NCBI GenBank assembly: GCA_964539805.1
Contig: CAZIKN010000001.1
Coordinates: 73,782-137,781, forward strand
Origin: an uncultured Saprospiraceae bacterium
Lineage (GTDB): Bacteria; Bacteroidota; Bacteroidia; Chitinophagales; Saprospiraceae
Reading direction: 5' to 3'
Length of the DNA stretch: 64,000 nt
Shown: positions 17,139 through 26,203 of the stretch, piece by piece
Layout: each line of letters starts with the position of its first letter
Numbering within the stretch: position 1 is the first letter of the stretch
Notes under the pieces: model-generated
Told to the model about the DNA's origin: nothing
The model's input: the letters and a program-made list of their open reading frames with translations, nothing else
The model's database searches: none
Position numbers and translations under genes: made by a program

Positions 17139-20100
17139 ATGAGGCATTTCAAGTCCTTTCTATTTGTATTTTTTATTGGCCTTACGCAAGTGCTAACGGC
17201 TCAGGTTGATGGTAAAAATACCGTTGTAACCGATCGTGTGAATGAAGAATTTGACCGCGCGCCCCTTAACTCAATAGAAAAAGCAGCCGAAAAAGCCATG
17301 GCCGAGGGAGATTATTATGCGGCCATGCAGTACTACAAACGAGTAGTACGATTTGACAGCAGCAATGTGAAAGCCTGGCGGGGAATAGGTGATGCAGCCA
17401 TGCATTTCGCAGCGTATGAAGAGGCCGAAAACGCATTTCAACACCTTATCAACATCAATCAGATTGGCAGCGATGCCGCCCCCATACTCAAACTGGCAGA
17501 ACTGAAATACCGTAGGTACAATTTTGTAGAAGCTAAACTGATCTATGAAAGGCTTTTGGCAGAAAAACCAGCAGGAGTAAGCCAGGAAGCACTGGCAGAA
17601 GCCCAAAAACAACTCATCAACTGCCAATGGGCGGAAAGTGTTGCGGACAATTCGGATGTGACTTCACCCGCCACTGCTATTCGCGAGGTCAATAGCGAAC
17701 ACTCAGAGTACTCGCCTTACCTTTATGGTGATACACTTTATTTTTCTTCCTATCGTTTTGAAAATCAGAAAGATAAACATATTCCCAAACGCAACGTCAT
17801 TAAAATTATGACGGGCATTCCAGACAAAGATACCCTTGCTATTGGCACTGCGGAATTTAATGCGCCTGTCAATGGCGAGCAGCAGCACAGTGCGCACGTG
17901 GCATTTAACCGCAACAAGACGCTTCTTATTTACGCGGTAGGCAAATATACGGATGCTTCCAAGATAGAATGCCGCTTGTTCATGCGCAAGCGCAATGGCA
18001 ATGTATGGGGAGACCCCACTCCCCTTCCTGCCAGTATCAATATGGCAGGCTATACAACCACCGAACCATCCATTGGCCACTCCATCAGTGACCCTGGCAA
18101 AGAAGTATTGTATTTTGTAAGTGACCGCCCGGGCGGAAAAGGAGGCCGTGATATATGGTACAGCAACATACTTGCGGACAGTTTTTCGCATCCGGTCAAT
18201 ATTGGGTCTTTGAACACGGCTGGTGAGGATGTTACGCCTTTTTATCATTCCAAATCAGGAACCTTGTTTTATAGCACAAATGGACTTCGTACCATTGGTG
18301 GTTATGATGTATATCAAGCCCGTGGTATGCGCACGAATTGGGGCGCACCTGATCACATGGGCATCCCGATCAATTCTGGAGACAACGATGTATTCTATTT
18401 TCAAAATGATGATAGCAGTATAGGCTTATTGGCCAGCAACCGCGAAGGCTCCAGAAACTTGTCAGAAGAAGCCTGCTGTTATGACATCTACAAGGTCAAC
18501 CTGTTCAAGCCCAAAATGGAAGTGGTCATTTTGGACAAAACGACTAAAGATTCCCTGCGCCGTTCCTCGGTGTGGCTGTATGCCCTCAAACCTGATGGCA
18601 GTCCTGAGGACCAGGGAACAAAAGTAGAGGTAATAGGTGCCAAATGGGCATTTGACCTTCAGCCCGGCAAAAGCTATATGCTGGTGGGTGCCAAGGAAAA
18701 CTACTACAATGACACCCTTCGCTTCCAAACCCCTGCAAAGCCTTGGAAAGACCTGATGGTCAAAAAGTTATACCTCGGCCAGCAGACCCCTGTCTTAGTG
18801 GCGACCATATTTGACCAACTGACACGCGAGCCAATCATGGGCGCCACGCTGCGCTTTATTGACCTGGGCCCCGTTAGTGTTGAGCCTCCTCGCCCTGTCA
18901 TCAAAACGGATGTGCATCCTTTGGACAACTCCTATCGCTATAATTTGGACTACGAGCACCGGTACCGTGTTTTTGCTTCAAAAAATGGGTACTCTACGGA
19001 TTCAACCGACATTATCTCAACTATTGGCCTTAAAACACCCTCGCTGATTCAGCGCCAACTTTTCCTGCGCAATGGCCTTGCATTACAAGCGCACACCATC
19101 AACCGCGCCAATCGTGATACCATGTATCAGGTCAATTATGAGTTGGTTGACCTTACAGGTGGTACAGCACCCAAGACCTATGTCAATCCTTTGGGCAACA
19201 AATATTTTATCACCGGGCTTCAGCCCAATCGCGAATATCGCCTGATTGCCAAAAAGGAGGGTTTTGAGCCGGACACCGTAATGTTCAATACCAATGGCCT
19301 TGACCCATTGTCTTTCCAGACCATCATCAAGCAACTCGAACTCAAGCCACCCAAAGTGCGCCTGATCGTTACCGTATTTGACAAAGATACCAAAGAGGCC
19401 ATAAACGGTGCCGCTTCCCGATTTGTAAATCTAGGCATAATCGGTTCAAAATCATATCGTTACCTGTATCGTGACGAATCACATCCCGCTGATAACCGCT
19501 ATGAATATATGCTTGAGTCCGATCAGTATTATCGGGTTTCGGCCAATAAAATTGGTTACACTGTTGACTCAACAGAAATCATCAACCCAACAGAAAAGGC
19601 CATCAATGGCGTGATTGAACGAAAATTGTACCTCCAGCGAGGCGTCTCTTTCAAAGGTTATGCGGTGAATAAGCTGACGCGTGACACCTTGCACGATGTA
19701 ACATTTAGACTGATAGACCTGAGGTCAAATGAGCCAGAAAAGGTTTTTGTCAACCCGGTGCCTGTAAAATCATATCAAACGGTTTTGGCTTTTGAAAAAA
19801 GATATATGCTGATTGCGCAAAAAGAAAACTGGAGCTCTGATACGGTTCGCTTCAACACCGTGAACCTGCCCAAGGTAGAGTTCCAAAAGATCGTTCGCGA
19901 ACTTCAGTTGTTGCCTTTGTCTTTAGATGCATATCTGCCGATCAAACTCTTTTTTGACAATGATGAACCTGACAAACGCACCCTTGCGACAACCACACAG
20001 CGACAATATCAGCCGACATATGTAGATTATATCCGCCGCAAACAAGAATTCCAGAAAAACTACACGGCAGACATGCCAGAGGGCAAAGCAAAAGAAGATG

Positions 20101-20537
20101 CCTTGGTGGCCATTGACAATTTCTTTGAGAAAGAAGTGCGTGAAGGCTGGAACCGCCTTTTTGCCTTCTCCGAGGCACTATATAAAATGATGGAACGCGG
20201 TGACTCAGTAGTGCTCACCTTACGCGGCTTTGCCTCACCTCGTGCAGCAAGTAACTACAACATGGCCTTGACCTCGCGGCGTGTATCGAGCGTAAACAAC
20301 CACTTCAAACTTTTTGATGGTAGCATATATCGGAAATTCCAGGAAAATGGCCAGTTGGCCATTGAATTGGAGCCACGCGGTGAAACCAACCCTCCCGGAG
20401 TAAGTGATGTTATTGGCGACCAAAAACGGTCCGTGTTCAGCGTAGAAGCCTCCCGTGAAAGGCGGCTTGAAATCATTGGCGTTGAGGTGAACAAAGTTAA
20501 GTACGATCTGCGAAAGACTACGGCTCCAAGAAAGTAA
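17139..20537 (+). CDS. large OmpA-family protein (TPR + PD40/TolB-like repeats + CarboxypepD_reg-like repeats + C-terminal OmpA domain)
   Basis: Signal peptide ..LTAQ, N-terminal TPR, and PD40-like SEYSPYLYGDTLYFSS. At least five ~95-aa repeats follow (e.g. VATIFDQLTREPIMGATLRFIDLG). The C-terminus is OmpA-like (TLRGFASPRAASNYNMALTSRRVSSV). Confidence 0.75.
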   Translation: MRHFKSFLFVFFIGLTQVLTAQVDGKNTVVTDRVNEEFDRAPLNSIEKAAEKAMAEGDYYAAMQYYKRVVRFDSSNVKAWRGIGDAAMHFAAYEEAENAFQHLININQIGSDAAPILKLAELKYRRYNFVEAKLIYERLLAEKPAGVSQEALAEAQKQLINCQWAESVADNSDVTSPATAIREVNSEHSEYSPYLYGDTLYFSSYRFENQKDKHIPKRNVIKIMTGIPDKDTLAIGTAEFNAPVNGEQQHSAHVAFNRNKTLLIYAVGKYTDASKIECRLFMRKRNGNVWGDPTPLPASINMAGYTTTEPSIGHSISDPGKEVLYFVSDRPGGKGGRDIWYSNILADSFSHPVNIGSLNTAGEDVTPFYHSKSGTLFYSTNGLRTIGGYDVYQARGMRTNWGAPDHMGIPINSGDNDVFYFQNDDSSIGLLASNREGSRNLSEEACCYDIYKVNLFKPKMEVVILDKTTKDSLRRSSVWLYALKPDGSPEDQGTKVEVIGAKWAFDLQPGKSYMLVGAKENYYNDTLRFQTPAKPWKDLMVKKLYLGQQTPVLVATIFDQLTREPIMGATLRFIDLGPVSVEPPRPVIKTDVHPLDNSYRYNLDYEHRYRVFASKNGYSTDSTDIISTIGLKTPSLIQRQLFLRNGLALQAHTINRANRDTMYQVNYELVDLTGGTAPKTYVNPLGNKYFITGLQPNREYRLIAKKEGFEPDTVMFNTNGLDPLSFQTIIKQLELKPPKVRLIVTVFDKDTKEAINGAASRFVNLGIIGSKSYRYLYRDESHPADNRYEYMLESDQYYRVSANKIGYTVDSTEIINPTEKAINGVIERKLYLQRGVSFKGYAVNKLTRDTLHDVTFRLIDLRSNEPEKVFVNPVPVKSYQTVLAFEKRYMLIAQKENWSSDTVRFNTVNLPKVEFQKIVRELQLLPLSLDAYLPIKLFFDNDEPDKRTLATTTQRQYQPTYVDYIRRKQEFQKNYTADMPEGKAKEDALVAIDNFFEKEVREGWNRLFAFSEALYKMMERGDSVVLTLRGFASPRAASNYNMALTSRRVSSVNNHFKLFDGSIYRKFQENGQLAIELEPRGETNPPGVSDVIGDQKRSVFSVEASRERRLEIIGVEVNKVKYDLRKTTAPRK

Positions 20538-20621
20538 CTTGACTAAAAATCAATGTTTTACAAAAAGAAATTCATTCTTGACTTAAAAAATAATCCATCC
20601 CGGATGCAACATATTTTAATT

Positions 20622-23600
20622 ATGAAAAACGGTATCAAACACACTTACCGGCTGGTGCTTTCTTTCTTGCTGATAATCACCATATCTGCACAAATGGCGG
20701 CCCAGGTTTCATCGCCGCCTCCTTGCGATGGCCCGTTGACAATCTACTTCTCAGTGTCTTATCTGGGATGTGACAACCCTGGAGCCAACGCAAAAGTAAT
20801 TCCCAACTGTGGCACCTTGCCTTTCAGTTATCAATGGAGCAATGGTACCATCAGTGCGGAAATCTTAAACGTCCTGCCGGGCACATACACTGCAACGGTA
20901 ACAGATGCCAAAGGATTGAAGGCTATTGGTAGTGTGGTAGTACCTACAGCACCCGCTACCAACCTGAGTGTTTCGGCCGTCATAAACGGGGGCGCTTGCA
21001 CATCCGGGGCCACAGGTTCAGTTACCTTAACCATGAACGGCGGTACCGCTCCTTATGACGTGAAATGGTACACCAATCCTAATAATACCAATATAAAAAA
21101 TGACCAGAGCTCGCCTTTTGTTATCAGCAATTTGGCTCCAGGCAGCTACACGATTGTAGTAACAGACGAACGGTATTGCCGTGACACCATAAAAGCAGAA
21201 ATCAAGGCTGGGCTTGTGGTAACCGCCACCTCATCACCTGTTACCTGTACCAATCCCAATGCGGGTAAAATTACCCTCAACATTGGTACTCCTGGTGGAA
21301 CAGCGCCTTACACCATTTCCGGTGCTGGCCCTGCTGCTATTACCACTTCTACATTCCCGTTTTCCATTAGCAATCTGACAGCAGGAAACTATACCCTCAC
21401 CGTAACTGATGCCAACGGATGCACTGGAACGGTAAGCAGCAAAGTAGAAACCGCCCTTGATGTGGTCCTTACCGCTACGGCACCCTCTAACCCTGTTTGT
21501 GGAGGACAAGACCTTAGCATCAACCTTGGCAATAGCGGCATTGCACCTTATCTTGTGTCTTGGGAAGGGCCAAATGGTTTTGTGGGAAGCACAACAACCA
21601 ATACGTTTCCGGTTGTATTAAAAAATGTTCCTCCCGGAAATTATACTGTAAAAGTTACAGATGCAACAGGATGTACTGGCGTGGAAACCACGACAACCGG
21701 AGGCAATCCGGTTATGCAGATCACCGCAACAGCAACGCCCGTTAGTTGTACGGATTCAAAAGCGGGTACAATCACGGTCAATTTTATCACGCCTGGCAAT
21801 CCAAACTATACCCTTTCATGGTCAGGCGGTTCTCAGGCCTTAAGCAATTTGCCTTTCACCATCAGTGGCTTATCTGCAGCCACTTATGTGATAACTATAA
21901 CGGATTCAAAGGGTTGCACAGCAACCACCACAACTAAGGTAGAAAGCGCTCTGGATGTGGTACTCGTAGCTTCCGCCCCCTCCAATCCACTTTGTGGAGG
22001 ATCTGATTTAAAAATTGACCTGAACGGTTTCAAGGGCACCGCCCCTTATGACCTCGCATGGGACGGCCCGGGACAGTTTGACGGCACCGCCAACGATATC
22101 AACCTGCCCTTTACCCTGAAAAACGTACCTTCCGGAACCTACACCATTACGGTAACTGATGTTACAGGATGTACTGGTACAGAAACAATTGAAATCAAAA
22201 ACACTAAGGAGCCGCTGCTAATTATAGCAACTGGAACCCAGGTCTCTTGCCAAAATGATAAGGATGGTACAGTTACACTAACCACAGTGTTCCCCGGAAC
22301 TGCGCCGTACCGGGTCTCTTGGTCAGGCAATGAAATAACAGGGGCACTACTACCCCTAACAATAAACAACCTCGCGCCTGGCAACTACTGCTTCACGGTT
22401 ACCGATGCCAACGGCTGCACCGCCACTGCCTGCGCAAGGGTGGAAACCGCCCTCGACGTCACCCTAACAGCCAAAACTCCGGTTTTAGTTAATTGTGGAG
22501 GTGTTGATTTGGAGATTGACATTAATGGTTTTAAAGGCACTCTTCCTTATAAAATCACATGGGATGGTCCAGGCAGCTTTGACGGCATGCAATCGGGAGT
22601 GACTACGCTTCCTTTTGTGCTCAAAAACGTACCATCGGGTACTTACCATGTGACCATAACAGATGCCACAGGGTGCTCAGGCACAGAAACCCTGGATGTA
22701 AAAGCGGGCAATGAGCCTATGATTATTGCAGCAGTAGGTACACAGGTAAGTTGTGGTTTGGATGACGGAATGATTACATTGACAATGCTTAGCCCGGGCA
22801 CTGCCCCATACACGATAACATGGACAGGTGGCACGGCTGTGCCAAACGCAACTTTCCCATTCAAATTTAATGATCTGAAACCTGGTGAATATTGCTTTAC
22901 AGTGACCGATGCCAATGGTTGTACCGCAACGGCTTGCGCAACCGTCAAGTTTGCTTTAGATGTTAAATTAACGGTTATTGAAGGCACACAACTTTGTGGC
23001 GGGGGAAGTTTGATCGTAGATGTTATCGGTTTTCAAGGTATGGCACCGTATAAAATCGAGCTTCAAGGGCCAACGAGTGGCACCAAATTAAATGTGCCTT
23101 CTTTGCCAGACACAATACAAGGACTTCAGCCCGGTAAATACACTGTTATTTTAACCGACAAAAATGGCTGCTCAGGGCTTGCGATGGCAACGATCAAAGG
23201 AGACACCATGATGCAGGTATCCCTCGCTCCGACAGATCTATTGTGCACAGGCAATGGTAAAGATGGTAAAATCACTGTTGCAATTAGCAATCCAAAAACA
23301 GCCCCCTATGCTATAGGTTGGAATACAGGAAGTATTAGTGGCGTAAATACCAACCAATTTCCGTTCACGATCATTGAATTGGAAGCCAATACCTATACTG
23401 TAACGGTCACGGATGCCAACGGATGCTCCAGCACAGCCTCTACTACGATAAAAGGCGGTCCAGTGGATATCACTCTTTTACCCACAAGTGATGTAAAGGC
23501 TTGCATTGACAGCACTATACAACTAAAAATCAATAACTTAGATCCAAAGGATTTGCTTATATTCGAATGGACTGCCAATAGCACTAATATCACGATAACT

Positions 23601-25460
23601 CCGTCCAACGGTGATAGCCCAATCGTCAAAGCAACCGAACCGGGCACTTATATCATTACTTTGACGACCAAAAATCAGTTCAATTGTATTGATGTCAAGA
23701 CTATAAATGTCACGTTCGATTCCGTACAAAACATTGATCCAACATTAGTTGTCAATCCCTGCAATGGGCTTTTGGTTAAATTTGAGAACAATAGTGGCAA
23801 AAACGGCACCTGGACATTTGGTGACGGCAAATCCAGTACGGAACCAAGTCCAACACACCTGTATGAAAAAGCCGGAAACTATACCGTAACTTTTGCCGCA
23901 GCAGAAGATTGTGTAAAAAAATTCAGTAAGGAGATTAAAGTTATTGATGTAGAGGCCGTCCAAACCGATTTTAATATTAAGTATAAAGACTGCTCTGACA
24001 AAGCCGAAATACAATTCAATGACGCCACTAAGTTTGCTGCTGTGGGCGTATCATGGGAATGGACCTTTGATCCACCACAGCAAAGCTCATCGCTTCAAAA
24101 TCCAACCATTACTTTCACCAAAGAGGACACTATTAAGGTGCGATTGATCGTAAAAGACAATAATGGATGTTTGGATACCTTGCTGAAAGAGGTAAAAGTG
24201 GATTTCATCGCGGACAAAATTGACAAAGAATTCAAATTCTGCCCCGGTGACTCAATTGAACTGAATAAAGATGGTGCTGTAGTCACGGATATCTATACAT
24301 GGACGTCAAACCCTGCTGATCCTACCTTGGTTAGCAATTTGCCGAATCCTAAGGTATCACCGGTCACAACAACGACTTATAATTTGACTATAATGACACC
24401 GGATAGTGCATGCTCCGTGGATTTCAGTGCAGAAGCCATTGTGATTCCTACGGTAAGTGGCGCATTGCCAAAAGATACCGTACTATGCAATGCCAATCCT
24501 TTCACCATTAATTTGATCTCCAACAACGCCACTAATATCATCTGGTCTGGCAACAAACAATTTGATCCGGTGATTGGTACTGGCAATAGTGTCACGATTA
24601 ATCCTGAGAAAAATGGCGTCTATTATGTAAAGGCCACCAATCAATCAGATTGCCCTTTGTTAGACAGTATTATTGTCAATGATGGTTCAGTAAACATGGA
24701 TCCCGGGTCTAAAGATCAGCGTATTTGCCTTGGAGAAACGGCTATCCTAAACCTTAGCAATTTGGATCCATCTGATATATTAACCTACAAATGGACTCCA
24801 GAGGTGACACCACCTGCCCAACCGGAAGTAAAACCTACCACGGAGACCAAGTATGGCGTTGTGGTTACCAATCAGTTTGGTTGTACTGCTACAGCAGAGT
24901 TTAACGTAGATGTTATTGCTGTAGATGTGGTGGCTTCCATTGACGGTAAAGATACCATTTGTATCGGGGAAACTGCAAAATTGATCGCTACAATCACCAG
25001 CAATAAAACCCCTGTGCAAATAGCCTGGACACCAGCAAATACACTGACGGGTGCCAACACAGCAACACCGATAGCGAAGCCACAGGAAACCACAACCTAC
25101 ACTGTGAGGGTTACCTATGACGATGAACTTTGTCCCGTAGAGGATCAGGTAACCTTGTTCGTGCGTACAGATCAGTGTGTTGAACCCTTTATTTTTGTTC
25201 CCAAGGCATTTACCCCCAATGGGGATGGCAACAACGACCGCTTTGTATTTAGGGGGGTCAACTTGACCGAGGTTGAATTCATTGTATGGGACCGTTGGGG
25301 TGAAAAGGTTTATGAAACCACTGACGTAAATGACCTGGGTTGGGATGGTAGTTACCGCGGCAACAGCCTAACCCCTGATTCGTATGCGTTTTATTTTAAA
25401 GCGCGTTGTGGCAATGGCGCATTTTATGAAAAGAAAGGAAATGTGACATTGCTGAAATAA
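20622..25460 (+). CDS. SprB-repeat / PKD adhesin with T9SS type-B (gliding-motility-associated) C-terminal sorting domain
   Basis: Many SprB repeats (C..G..G.ITL....GTAPY...W ... Y.VTVTDANGCT) and a PKD-like segment (GTWTFGDGKSSTEPSPTHLYEKAGNYTVTF). The C-terminus FVPKAFTPNGDGNNDRF......VWDRWGEKVYET...GWDG matches the type-B CTD. Start taken at MKNGIKHTYR.. (ATG 20622); 20553 or 20604 are possible. Confidence 0.85.
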   Translation: MKNGIKHTYRLVLSFLLIITISAQMAAQVSSPPPCDGPLTIYFSVSYLGCDNPGANAKVIPNCGTLPFSYQWSNGTISAEILNVLPGTYTATVTDAKGLKAIGSVVVPTAPATNLSVSAVINGGACTSGATGSVTLTMNGGTAPYDVKWYTNPNNTNIKNDQSSPFVISNLAPGSYTIVVTDERYCRDTIKAEIKAGLVVTATSSPVTCTNPNAGKITLNIGTPGGTAPYTISGAGPAAITTSTFPFSISNLTAGNYTLTVTDANGCTGTVSSKVETALDVVLTATAPSNPVCGGQDLSINLGNSGIAPYLVSWEGPNGFVGSTTTNTFPVVLKNVPPGNYTVKVTDATGCTGVETTTTGGNPVMQITATATPVSCTDSKAGTITVNFITPGNPNYTLSWSGGSQALSNLPFTISGLSAATYVITITDSKGCTATTTTKVESALDVVLVASAPSNPLCGGSDLKIDLNGFKGTAPYDLAWDGPGQFDGTANDINLPFTLKNVPSGTYTITVTDVTGCTGTETIEIKNTKEPLLIIATGTQVSCQNDKDGTVTLTTVFPGTAPYRVSWSGNEITGALLPLTINNLAPGNYCFTVTDANGCTATACARVETALDVTLTAKTPVLVNCGGVDLEIDINGFKGTLPYKITWDGPGSFDGMQSGVTTLPFVLKNVPSGTYHVTITDATGCSGTETLDVKAGNEPMIIAAVGTQVSCGLDDGMITLTMLSPGTAPYTITWTGGTAVPNATFPFKFNDLKPGEYCFTVTDANGCTATACATVKFALDVKLTVIEGTQLCGGGSLIVDVIGFQGMAPYKIELQGPTSGTKLNVPSLPDTIQGLQPGKYTVILTDKNGCSGLAMATIKGDTMMQVSLAPTDLLCTGNGKDGKITVAISNPKTAPYAIGWNTGSISGVNTNQFPFTIIELEANTYTVTVTDANGCSSTASTTIKGGPVDITLLPTSDVKACIDSTIQLKINNLDPKDLLIFEWTANSTNITITPSNGDSPIVKATEPGTYIITLTTKNQFNCIDVKTINVTFDSVQNIDPTLVVNPCNGLLVKFENNSGKNGTWTFGDGKSSTEPSPTHLYEKAGNYTVTFAAAEDCVKKFSKEIKVIDVEAVQTDFNIKYKDCSDKAEIQFNDATKFAAVGVSWEWTFDPPQQSSSLQNPTITFTKEDTIKVRLIVKDNNGCLDTLLKEVKVDFIADKIDKEFKFCPGDSIELNKDGAVVTDIYTWTSNPADPTLVSNLPNPKVSPVTTTTYNLTIMTPDSACSVDFSAEAIVIPTVSGALPKDTVLCNANPFTINLISNNATNIIWSGNKQFDPVIGTGNSVTINPEKNGVYYVKATNQSDCPLLDSIIVNDGSVNMDPGSKDQRICLGETAILNLSNLDPSDILTYKWTPEVTPPAQPEVKPTTETKYGVVVTNQFGCTATAEFNVDVIAVDVVASIDGKDTICIGETAKLIATITSNKTPVQIAWTPANTLTGANTATPIAKPQETTTYTVRVTYDDELCPVEDQVTLFVRTDQCVEPFIFVPKAFTPNGDGNNDRFVFRGVNLTEVEFIVWDRWGEKVYETTDVNDLGWDGSYRGNSLTPDSYAFYFKARCGNGAFYEKKGNVTLLK
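21240..23240 (+). repeat. four tandem ~501-bp (167-aa) super-repeats, each equal to two SprB repeats, inside the adhesin gene
   Basis: Unit starts read at V-[TS]-C codons 21240, 21741, 22242 and 22746, giving periods of 501, 501 and 504 nt. Units align along their whole length (..APYxxxW...NLxxGNYxxTVTDANGCTxT...VExALDVxLxA..CGG.DL.I....G.APY..WDGPG.F...LKNVPSGTY.xTxTDxTGC.GTET). Confidence 0.8.
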
Positions 25461-25483
25461 TTTTGAGCAATGCAAATTTTAAA

Positions 25484-25527
25484 CATGAGTCATCCCGAAA
25501 ATTAGGGGTGGCTCATGTTGTTTGGTT
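25484..25527 (+). terminator. rho-independent terminator after the adhesin gene
   Basis: CATGAGTCATCCC (25484-25496), a 9-nt loop and GGGTGGCTCATG (25506-25517) form a 12-13-bp stem that includes two G-U pairs. The tail is T-rich (TTGTTTGGTT). Confidence 0.65.
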
Positions 25528-25582
25528 CAAAAGAAGAACCTCCTGTATTAGGGTGGTCTTGAATCACAAAACAAACAGAGGT

Positions 25583-25738
25583 CTTTATGTGTAGGAGAGC
25601 AGCAAGGGCAAGTGTGCTCCCTTTTTATCGCGCTTTCTATACCCTGATTGTCGTTTCGTCTCCCATCAAATAACCGCTCTGGAGCAGTTGTTTTCTGATT
25701 TTTGCATAAATGACATCCAATATCTGCACGTTCTTGTG
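25583..25738 (-). mobile_element. degenerate fragment of an IS66-family transposase gene
   Basis: The minus-strand translation reads HKNVQILDVIYAKIRKQLLQSGYLMGDETTIRV*KARDKKGAH... From memory this resembles the conserved IS66 TnpC segment (..L..S.Y+..DET.IKVLDKDKKG..H..). It is interrupted by a stop (plus-strand CTA at 25637-25639) and truncated at both ends. Confidence 0.4.
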
Positions 25739-25740
25739 CT

Positions 25741-25793
25741 TACACAAAAAAAATAGCCATCAACATAGGTCTGATGGCTATTTTTTTTGTGTA
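25741..25793. terminator. perfect 22-bp-arm palindrome; likely bidirectional terminator
   Basis: TACACAAAAAAAATAGCCATCA, a 9-nt loop, then TGATGGCTATTTTTTTTGTGTA. The GC core is ATAGCCATCA/TGATGGCTAT, flanked by A- and T-runs. It lies 3' of the minus-strand gene ending at 25825. Confidence 0.65.
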
Positions 25794-25824
25794 AGGGAGT
25801 AATTTTTTTTGTGGTTTAGATTTT

Positions 25825-26079
25825 TTAGTGCGAAATGTTGTGCTGATCCAGAATGCTCAGCGCGTGATTAAGGATTGTGGTGTCTTCCAGATGCACTATG
25901 CCGCCGTTTGGGCCTGGCTCCAAGTGAAATTCTACGACTTGACCTTCCGCATAATTATGCGCTCCGAAATAGTTTCGAACGGTTTGTTCTTCCAGATTCA
26001 GGTCTTGGGCGATTTTGGACACACTGCCATGTGGTAAAGCGTGTTTGATACGGCGGAGTTCATCGAATGTAATGTTCAT
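25825..26079 (-). CDS. small hypothetical protein with putative helix-turn-helix
   Basis: 84 aa from the internal ATG (MNITFDELRRIKHALPHGSVSKIAQDLNLEEQTVRNYFG...). The GSVSKIAQDLNLEEQTVRNY segment looks like an HTH. I do not recognise a family. Confidence 0.4.
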   Translation of the reverse strand: MNITFDELRRIKHALPHGSVSKIAQDLNLEEQTVRNYFGAHNYAEGQVVEFHLEPGPNGGIVHLEDTTILNHALSILDQHNISH

Positions 26080-26203
26080 AACCCTTTTGTTTTGGTGAGC
26101 AATAAAAATTTGAATGTTCAAGGAATTACCCTTAAAAAGTCTCCCTAAGGTACAGGCATTGACAAATCATTTGCAAGAAAAAACACAAAAAAAAATTTTG
26201 TGT

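Noticed and set aside
16587-17147. 186-aa minus-strand ORF
   Set aside because: It is antisense to the PorP/SprF gene, which has hallmark motifs, so it is a shadow ORF.
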